Assembly: GCF_006345805.1 (NCBI RefSeq)
Contig: NC_042998.1
Span: 9,672,001-9,736,000 of the forward strand
DNA length: 64,000 bases
Direction: 5' to 3'
From: Octopus sinensis
Lineage: Eukaryota
Of the stretch, positions 48,401-59,500 are shown in pieces. The number at the start of each line of letters is the position of its first letter. Position 1 is the stretch's first letter. A program made the translations under genes and the position numbers. The notes beneath the pieces were generated by a model. The model was not told the DNA's origin, searched no databases, and worked only from the letters and a program-made list of their open reading frames with translations.

Positions 48401-51400
48401 TCCAGAGATGAATTATTCAAACCCCAAAGAGTTCCTCTCAACACATGGCTATGGTGTTCTCCCACTACTTCTCATGATCAGAGATGCACATATCGTCAAC
48501 CACCAAGGGACATGTTCAACTGGTTAATGTCAAGCAACTGACAAACAAATCTGTGGTATTGAGCAGAATATTTGCTGTAGTCCATCTTTTATACCAAGAC
48601 AAACCAATGTACATGATAACACTTCCAATCAGTTAAGATCAGAAACCATGAAAGCCACTGCCTGGTATTGCATCAGGATTGTTGGCTGTCAATTCCGGTA
48701 ACTGGTCCCTCAACTGGGTCAACCTTTGGCAGACTCTCCTCCTCCCATTCATTCTCTACATTCAGCAGTCTTTCATAATGGCATCTCCAAGCCTCTTTCT
48801 TTGCAGAATCATTAACGCAAGGGACCATCACTCATGTGAACACACATATATATATATAAAACGAAGTAATTAAGATTCAGTTGATTTAGGTACTTAAGTT
48901 GAAGCACCAAGTCAGTCCGGTATTATCCGCACAGCTCAAAGTAAGGTGAATAAAATCAAATAAGTAACAAGATGTCATGTTGTAATGCAGTACAACCATT
49001 TCAAGCAGCTCCATTTAATTGAACAATGTAATCATTACATCAATTTAACTACAGCACTATCTTCAGCTGCACGAAATATGGATTTTCAACACACAAGATA
49101 TATTAATATAATTTTTCTTATATTTCGTGCAGCTGAAGATAGCACTGTATTTAAATTGATGTAATGATTACATTGTTTTATTAAATGGAGTCACTTGATG
49201 CGGTTATACTGCATTGACATCCTGTTACTTATTTTGGTTTGGCTGTGTGGTAAGTAGCTTGCTTACCAACCACATGGTTCCGGGTTCAGTCCCACTGCGT
49301 GGCATCTTGGGCAAGTGTCTTCTGCTATAGCCCCGGGCCGACCAATGCCTTGTGAGTGGATTTGGTAGACGGAAACTGAAAGAAGCCCGTCGTATATATG
49401 TATATATATATATGGGTGTGTGTGTGTTTGTTTGTGTGTCTGTGTTTGTCCCTCTAGCATTGCTTGACAACCAATGCTGGTGTGTTTATGTCCCCGTTAC
49501 TCAGCGGTTCGGCAAAAGAGACCGATAGAATAAGTACTGGGCTTACAAAAAGTATAAGTCCCGGGGTCGAGTTGCTTGATTAAAGGTGGTGCACCAGCAT
49601 GGCCGCAGTCAAATGACTGAAACAAGTAAAAGAGTATATATATATATATATATGTATATATAACCAAAATAAGTAACAGGATATATATATACATATACTA
49701 TATATATGAAATATCAATATGCAATTTTTGGTGTGAAATATCTCTTTAATTGTTATTTATCATCTATATTTAGGTGTGTTGGATACAGCAATTATAGAAC
49801 GAGGCCGAAATGTTGTATCGTGTAGCAGCGATGGCACAGCCAAACTCTGGGATTGCAGCCAACAAGTTTGTCTCAGTACATTTGAAGGGATGGCTGGTTC
49901 TGTTAACAGTTGTGCCATTGGTGTGACCGACAACTCCATACAGCTAGGTCAATGTGACCAACCTCCAAGTAAGTATCTTTTATAATACGTAAGATACTGT
50001 TTTCTGTATAGGGAAGCAATGTTTGGGTTCAGCTGTTTGGAATGCTGATGATTTTGGTGGACACACAAAGCAGAACCTGTTTTGGTTACAGTACTTTTTG
50101 GCACTGGAGATAAACACACACACACACACACATACGGATAGTAAGAGAGAGAGGTTAGAATTTATTGAGTGAATACGATTGACAAATGCTTCCCTTCTCC
50201 TCATAAATAATGATCATCATCATCATCATCATCGTTTAACGTCCGCTTTCCATGCTAGCATGGGTTGGGGTCTGGGAAGCCAGAAGGCTGCACCAGGCCC
50301 AGTCTGATCTGGCAGTGTTTCTACGGCTGGATGCCCTTCCTAACGCCAACCACTCCGTGAGTGTTGTGGGTGCTTTTTACATGCCACCGGCACAGATAAT
50401 AATGATAATAATAATAATGTATGGAGCCCACCATCTGAAAGCTGATATCAACTGGCTGTACTTGAAGAGAGACCAGGGTAGAAGAGGTTTAATAACAGTA
50501 GAAGAATGTGTACAGATGGAAAGGAAAAGCCTAGAAGAGTATTTACAGAACAGCACAGAAAAACTACTAAAGACAATTAATAAAGAACAGGTGATGAAGC
50601 GCGTAATAGGAGAAAAGGACAAGAATGAAATACAAAGAGAGCATGTCAGGCAGATCAAAGAGAAACCTCTGCATGGCCAATTTTGCAGAGCCACTGGAAA
50701 CATATGTGGAACAAAATTCTGGGTTTGATTAAAAAAGGGGCAATTATAAAAAAGAAACAGCAAGCTTAATTGTAGCAGCCCAAGATCAAGTGATAAAAAC
50801 AAGCAACTTGAGAAAAATATATCTGGGAAGAATGTGTCAGAAAAATGTAGAGCCTGTGGAACTTGGAACAAGACAGCGGCACACATTTACATAAATATCC
50901 TTTGATGTAAAATGTGAAAAGGCATTTAGAAAAAGAAGCAATTTTTCAGTACATTTATTGTTTGGCAAAATGGGATGCTAATGATGGATGATAAACTGTT
51001 GTTGGATATCTATTCTGTTCCATCTAAAATATTGTTGTTTATTAATACAGGTGAGAAAGAAGTACTAACTGAAGGTAAAATGTTGCTGATGGCCTGTGAA
51101 AGCAAAAGTTTGCTTTCTTATGGACTACAGACTCGTAAAAAGGTATGTTGGACAGTTATATCATTGAAATTATTCTACAGTTTCAAGGCTTTTTCTTTCT
51201 TTCTTTTTTTGTTGTTTTTTTTTTTAGTGCTAATATTTTTGCTCATTGAAAAATTCTTTTGCCAAATTTTGTCTCTAAGACAGCTCAGTAGAATTAGAAA
51301 TAAGTTCAGTGTTCAGTTGGTTCTATTGGGAGAGGCATGCATATCACAAAATTGTTTTTTCCCTTCTAATATGAATTAGTACAGTCAAAAGATATCAACA

Positions 51401-53486
51401 GAGTAATCATTGTTTAATGCCACATACTCCAATGTCTACTTCAGCATGGTTTCTACAACTGGATTCCTTTTCTAACACCAACCACATAACAGTGGGTGTT
51501 GGATGCTTTGTTTTTATGGCACCAGCACTAGTGAAGATTACCTTGAGATTTACAAGTCTAAGGGCCTAAATTGGCCCCTATAAATGCAAAAAGATAAAAG
51601 AGAGAGCGAGCTATAATTCTAGGTGAGGATGAGAGAAATAAATAGTTGCAGAGGGTGATAATGGAGAGGGTAACAGAGCAGTAGTCTCTTAGTGGGATGG
51701 GTGAGAAAAGAAGAGAAAGGATTAGTGCCAGAGATTAAATAAAGGCAAGGGGGATAAAGTGGAAAGGTGATAAGGTGGGTTATGCAAGGGGGTGAGATTC
51801 TAGGACTATCCTACATTAAAGGGGCATGTATAAAGAGAAGGTGTGAGGAAAAGGACAGGGAATGAGCAATGGATTATGAGGTATGGAATCATTGGGGTGA
51901 AGGAAATATAAGGAAAGGAAAAGGGTCCAAAGGCATTAACTGTTTAAATCAGTGGTTCTCAACCGATTTTTAGCTATGCTCCACCGAATCATTTCTAAAA
52001 TCCTGATGCCCCATTTTTGTTATTAAAAATTTGGTTAATGTTTACAATATTACCCAGAAACAGTAAAAAAAAGAAAATTGCAATGGATCTAAAAAGAAAT
52101 GTGTAGGAAACGAATATGAAAAAATGCGCAGAAAGCAACAGTGTGGGGAGGACTTTGGAAAATTCACAAGATTTGAGTTTTTCCCTCATAACTTTTAGGA
52201 AAATTCTTTTTTAATGAAATTTTATATAAATACCTTTCAACCGACATAGATTACGATTATAAAGAAATTGTGAGAAAATCTTTTCCAAGGGCTGGGGAGA
52301 GGACTTCGGAAAATTTGCAAGAGCTGAGTTTTTCGCCCATAACTTGGTGACAGTTTATCATGGCTTGCGGGTATAAATCCAAATTTTAAATATGTATTTT
52401 TTAATCGGCAGAACTACAAATTTCTGTGCCCCCGACTACGGATGATCATAACTTTCAGAAAAATGGATATTTTTAATGAAATTGTCTATCTGTAGATTTC
52501 TACCACACATACACACACACACACATCATCGTCATCATCATCATCATCGTTTAACGTCCATTTTCCGCGCTAGCATGGGTTGGATGGTTCAACCGGGGTC
52601 TGGGAAGCCAGGGGCTGCACCAGGCTCCAGTCTGATCTGGCAGTGTTTCTACAGCTGGATGCCCTTCCTAATGCCAACCACTCTGCGAGTGTAGTGGGTG
52701 CTTTTTACGTGCCAGGGGAGTCTGGCACCGGCCACGATCGGTTGGTGCTTTTAACGTCCCACCGGCACGGAAGCCAGTCAAGGCAGCGCTGGCATCGGCC
52801 ATGTTCGGATGGTGCTTTTTATGTGCCACCGGCACAGAAGCCAGTCGAGGCGGCGCTGGCATCGGCCACGTTCGGATGGTGCTTTTTATGTTCCACCGGC
52901 ACAGAAGCCTGTCGAGGCGGCGCTGGCATCGGCCACGTTCAGATGGTGCTTTTTATGTGCCACCGGCACAGAAGCCAATATATATAATTAAAAAATTTCA
53001 AACGGGGAATTATTCCATTCAATATCATATTCTTTATAGAGATTATGTAACAAATTATACTTTACACTTCTATATTTAACTGTGTGTGTATATTCCTTGT
53101 TTTTGCTTCTGGTGTCTTCTGCCTTTCTATTAGAAACGTTTACCTGGGAATTTACTTAAGGTGAAAAAAAATCGTTTGCAACAGATAAGTCATCTTAATA
53201 ACATATTTCTGTGTACCAGACCGTTAGCTGTTATTTTTAGCATAATGATTTTTCAGGTGAGGGCTTCATTTGCCATCATTTTTTTTTAATAACTCATTCC
53301 CAAATTGCTCTCTTTCTCTTTTGGTATACTAGGCTGTGTGGTAAGTAGCTTGTTTACCAACCACATGGTTCCGGGTTCAGTTCCACTGCGTGGCACCTTG
53401 GGCAAGTGTCTTCTACTATAGCCTCGGGCCGACTAAAGCCTTGTGAGTGGATTTGGTAGACGGAAACTGAAAAGAAGCCCGTTGTA

Positions 53487-53553
<67 letters not shown>

Positions 53554-56500
53554 TGTGTGTGTGTTTGTGTGTCTGTATTTGTCCCCCTAGCATTGCTTGA
53601 CAACCAATGCTGGTGTGTTTATGTCCCCGTTACTTAGCGGTTCGGCAAAAGCAGCCGATAGAATAAGTACTGAGCTTACAAAAGAATAAGTCTTGGGGTC
53701 GATTTGCTCGACTAAAAGGCAGTGCTCCAGCATGGCCACAGTCAAATGACTGAAACAAGTAAAAGAGTAAAGAGTATAACCTTACGCATGCCTCCCCAAA
53801 ATATTACCATGCCCCACCGGTGGGGCATGCACTCCACATTGGGAATCACGGGTTTAAATGATATGAAATGGCTTCAAATGAGTATTGCCTGTAAAATATT
53901 ACCTCATTTTTTTAACCAAAGAACATTTACTTAAAAATGCTATTTCTATTATGAGCTCAGGCATGGCTACTTGGTAAGAAACATGTGTAGTGGATATGTA
54001 AACAAATACATAAACCGTTTCATGATTAAAAGGAATTTATTTACAGGCTCATAAGTACACTACATACAAATGTAAGCAAATGCTACGAATTGCTTGTATA
54101 GAGCACATATTAGAAATGAATATGATTGTGTGTGTGTGTGTGTGTGTTTCATTCGAAACAGTAGTCGATAAATACTGTGAGCATTTCTCTCTGTCTGTCG
54201 TCTGCCAAAAACTTGGGGCGAGATAGATCTGTCTGCTCCCGTCTCCGCTGCGATTGTTCGCTTCTCTGTTTCCCCCTTGTATTTATAATATTTGTGACAG
54301 CTAGAAAAACAGACATATCGCAACAGACACAGTGCTTATTTAGGTCATCACTTGTCCAGTTGAACTTAGCCTGACATGGCTGAGGTCGCAGGTCAAAGGG
54401 AGATGATCAATCACTTTTTGACAGAACAAAGGGATTCTTACTTTCGCGCCTTTAATTGCATTGGTTTGGACAGCCGAGGATTCTTGGATTCGATTTCGAA
54501 TCTAGGCTTAGAGAAGGAAGTGCTAATTCTTACACATGCTTCCCAACCACATGGTTCTGGGTTCAGTCCCACTGCATGGCACCTTGGGCAAGTGTCTTCT
54601 ACTATAGCCTTGGGCCGACCAAAGCCTTGGGAGTGGATTTAGTAGAAGCCTATTGTGTGTGTGTTTGTGTCTGTTTTTGTCCTCCATTATGGTTTGATAA
54701 CTGGTGTTGGTGTGTTTACACCTCCTTAACTTAGCAGTTTAGCAAAAGAGACTGATAGAATAAGTACCAGCCTTAACAAAGAGCCCTTATTAGGTCTTTA
54801 TTAAACACATATATACTTTGTTGTTCCTTTTTGCAGTTATTTGCATGAATCCGTTATCATAATCTAGAAACTGTTTTCTTTCACTTCATCTTCATATCCC
54901 TGATTTGGTTTGTTTTTATCTTTTCAAACAGATTTTCCACTATAAATGTTCTGATGCTGTCAACTGCTGTGCATTCCTGTCAGGGACAATGGTTGTCTGT
55001 GGAGCACAAAACGGCAAGCTTGACATTATTGATCTTCGAAACTACAGGTTAGTATTTAAAATTTCTTTTCTTGAGTTCTTTTGTTCTTGAACATCCCTGG
55101 TCAAGTTTTCTTTAGCTGACCCATGACATTGAAGTTACTAATTAATTGTTAATGAGAAACCTACCTCGACTGGCTTCTGTGCCAGTAGCACATAAAAAGC
55201 ACCATCCGAACGTGGCCGATGCCAGCGCCACCTCGACTGGCTTCTGTGCCGGTGGCACATAAAAAGCACCATCCAAATGTGGCTGGCTTCCACATAAAAA
55301 GCTCCGATCCGATCGTGGCTGATGCCGGACCCCCTGGCACCTGTGCAGGTGGCACGTAAAAAGCACCCACTACACTCGCGGAGTGGTTGGCGTTAGGAAG
55401 GGCATCCAGCTGTAGAAACTCAGCCAGATGAGACTGGAGCCTGGTGCAGCCCCTCGCTTCCCAAAACCCGGTCAAATCGTCCAACCCGTGCTAGCACGGA
55501 AAACGGACGTTAAACGATGATGATGATGATGATGAAACCTATGGATCCAGAGCCGTATGTGTGTTGATATACAAAATTATTGGTATGTCAATTTGTATCC
55601 TAACTATCGTCATCTCATTCATTATGTGGAACATGTACTCCTGAGATTCAAGATAAAACTTTAAAAACATACACAGTCGTGATATTGTGTAGCTTCAGTA
55701 ACAGTTGAAACTCTCTCTCTCATTGTTGCTCTAAACGTTTTCTTTAAGTTTTTCTGTATCCAACATGGATCTTATTGAGTTTTGTAAAGAGTTTGCAATT
55801 GATCAAGACTAAATCTGGTGTACCACAGGGATCTGTTCTTGGCCCCCTTTTATTTGTTGCATATGTTAATGACATAGATGCCAACTTAAAGAATGCCACA
55901 GTGCTGAAATATGCAGATGACATCAAGCTGTACCTCGAAATAAAGAGGTCAGATCCTGTACACTATAGATCTCTATTGCAAGCAGACCTGGACACAATGC
56001 AGCAGTGGATCATGGACTGCAACTCAAGCTGGCTGTGGACAAATGTACCACTATGCATTTTGGGAGGAGAAACCCAGCGTCCACCTACTCCCTCCACAAC
56101 ACTAGTCTCAAAAAGTCTTCATGTGAACGTGACCTGGGTGTTATTGTCGACAGTGATTTGCGTTGGACAAAACACATCGCTAAAATTGTCAAGAAGGCTG
56201 AGGGTGTCTTGGCATCACTCACCAAATCCTTTGTGAGCCGCTCTCTGACTATCTATCTGCGGCTTTATATAGCTTTGGTAAGACCTCACCTGGAATTTGC
56301 ATCACCGGTCTGGAACCCCCATCTTGCCCAGGATATCAATCGTCTGGAAGCCGTTCAGCGACGTGCAACCAAAAGAATACCCTCCATCCGGCATTTGCCA
56401 TATCCTGAACGCCTTACTTCCCTGGGCATGGACACATTGAAACTCCGAGGTCTGGTAGCTGACTTGGCAGACACCCATAAAATTATCAACCGTCGTACAA

Positions 56501-59500
56501 ACAATAACTCTGAGCACCTTTTCAAACTCCACCCATCTAACACCCGTGGACATGTTTACAAAGTCAGAAAACAGCACAGCTCCCGTGACTTCAGGAAACA
56601 TTTTTTCACGCTGAGAGTTGTTGAAGCATGGAACAAACTGCCAGCATCAGTTGTTAGTTGTCGGAGCACTGCATCCTTCAAAACTTCCATGCTTTCTGAG
56701 ATTTGCCAACACTACACCCAATTTCCTCCCCTCCATACACACGCAAGCATGTATCTGACTCATGCATTGTTCGCTTTCCAGACATTTGTACATTACTGCA
56801 TATACTCTCACAAGTTGTGGTGCACCTGAGCACTGTATACAATAATTTCATTATTATAAATTATTTTCTGTTCTTACGAGGGATCCTAATCTCTGTAATG
56901 CAGTATTATATATATAAAGTCACTCTGAAAGATCATCCGAGATTGTGAGGCCTAGTATTTGTTGCATGTTTGCAGGTCTAGTTGTGTTGTTCATGTGTTG
57001 AGAAGAAGAAATAGAAGACTTTTTTCCTGGAAATGTGTAGTGATGAGTCTTATTGCTGTCAAAAGAAACTAAGTTGTCATATACCCCCATTGAAGGATGT
57101 TGTTAAAGACTCTGTTCACAGAGTTGTGCAGGTCTTGCATGAGACGTTTTGGTTGAATGTAGATGAAACCACTACACAAAGGGTTAAAAAAAAAGTGAAA
57201 AGGTATCATCTTCATAACTGGATATGTTGTTAGAAGTAATGTTATATAAGCTCTTAATGCACGGAAAACTGTGTGGTAGGAGATCATCGTAATCATCGTT
57301 TAATGTCTGCTTTCCATGCTAGCATGGGTTGGACGGTTCAACTGGGGTCTGGGAAGCCAGAAGGCTGCGCCAGGCCCAGTCTGATCTGGCAGTGTTTCTA
57401 CAGCTGGATGCCCTTCCTAACGCCAACCACTCCGTGAGTGTAGTGGGTGCTTTTTACGTGCCACCTGCACAGGTGCCTGACGAGGCTGGCAAATGGCCAC
57501 GATCGGATGGTGCTTTTTACGTGCCACCAGCATGGAGGCCAGTCGGGGCGGCACTGGCAACGGCCACGTTCGGACAGTTCTCTTATGTGCCACTGGCACT
57601 GGTATCACAGCTACAATTTCCATTGATGTTGATCGATTTCGATTTTCACTTGCCTCAACAGGTCTTCACAAGTAGGGTTTGTGCACAAGAAGGAAAGGAA
57701 TGCGTAAGTGGGCTGGCTACGTCCCAGGTAGAGGCCACATATAACATTTTTAACCTCATAGCTCTCTTGCCTGCCTCAGATAAAATCTGTATGGAAGAAT
57801 CTAGGATATAGATCATGTTGACAAAAGCCAAGAACAAAGCAGATCAAACAACCTACTGTATAACTGTTAAGACGGGTTACAGCTGGTTGAATTGATAGAG
57901 TACTGGAGTTACCAAAGAATCAGCAGTTCATCTTATGTCATCAGTGTTGTGGTGGACTATGGTAAACATGCTTAACTCTTCACAGACCAAACTTAGGAAG
58001 GCAGAACTCATATAACTTTGTGTGTTTAGAGACAGTAGTTGAAAACCAATTCAATGCACACTCTCAAATTCTAAAGATAGACTTCCATGGTGTCTTGGAT
58101 GTGCTCTGGTGATGATGTTTAGCCTCAGATCAGTCATGTTTGAGTAGACCTATGATTAAAGCTTTCCATCTCTGACCATCCTACCTTATTTTCAGACAAT
58201 ACTTTAGGACTATTAACCCAAACTGCATTTTTCCTTTTTAAGGATGTGGGCAAGCCGTTTGAATGGGATTTGGCTGCTTTTTCTACCAGATCAAGCGACT
58301 ACATAAAGGCTCCTCTTTCAATTACGCGCAATTGTTGTTTGGCCCCAAAAATTGTTTCGGGAGTTACACGCAATTGTTGATATCCAACAACAGTTTATCA
58401 TCCATCGTTAGCATCCTATTTTGCCAAACGAAATTGTTGTGTGTCTGTGTTTGTCCCCCCAACATCGTTTGACAACTGATGCTGCTGTGTTTACGTCCCC
58501 TTAACTTAGCGGTTCGGCAAAAGAAACCGATAGAATAAGTACTAGGCTTACAAAGAATAAGTCCTGGAGTCGATTTGCTCAACTAAAAGCGGTGCTCCAG
58601 CATGGCCACAATCAAAAGCCACCCCTAGTTGAGTCGACCTATGATAAAGCATTCTTGCTATGATCATCCCAGTGTAGTCTTTATTAATGTTGGTTGGGCT
58701 GGATTTGGATTCAAAGATTTCTAGCAGTTCAAGCAACCATGTATCATCCCCACCTCCGCCTTGTATTGTTAGAGCTTGCAAGAAGGGGAGATAATTGAGT
58801 TTTCCTTGGTTCAATCCTAAATGTCTCTTGGTCTCTTTATAATTGTTTCGGGAATTATTGCTATAAAATTTTGTTTTATTTCAGGTACATCTTGTATGTC
58901 TGTTTTCAATCTGAACTTTTACTGTTTCAGTGTTTCCTTCAAAGAAGTGAAAGTCACCAAATCAGCAATTACTTCAATTCTCCCATACAAAGAAGGATTT
59001 TTGGTCAGCTCACGTAAGTGGCATAAATTATTAATGGCAATCTCACTCTCTAAACTATTTTTCTAAATTTATATCCAAACTAGAGTTAGTGAGGCGGAAT
59101 CACTACGACTGTTAGGTGCCCTACAGCATTCTCCTCCCCATGTCTATCGATCATTAGTGTATAAATTGCATAAAAAGGATATTACAATGATCATCATCAT
59201 CATCGTTTAACGTCTGCTTTCCATGCTAGCATGGGTTGGATGGTTCAACTGGGGTCTGGGAAGCCAGGAGGCTGCATCAGGCCCAGTCAGATCTGGCAGT
59301 GTTTCTACGGCTGGATGCCCTTCCTAACGCCAACCACTCCGTGAGTGTAGTGGGTGCTTTTTATGTGCCACCTGCACAGGTGCCAGACGAGACTGGCGAA
59401 CGGCCACGCTCGGATGGTGTTTATTACGTGCCACCGGCACGGATGAAACTAGATATACTCAGACATGCAATCATAACAAAATCTGGCAGCATGTTTTTCA

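Noticed and set aside
58885-58930. Alternative upstream acceptor for exon 10 (ORF 58821-59066 is open across it)
   Set aside because: Adds 46 nt and frameshifts; the acceptor at 58931 gives the correct phase and homology
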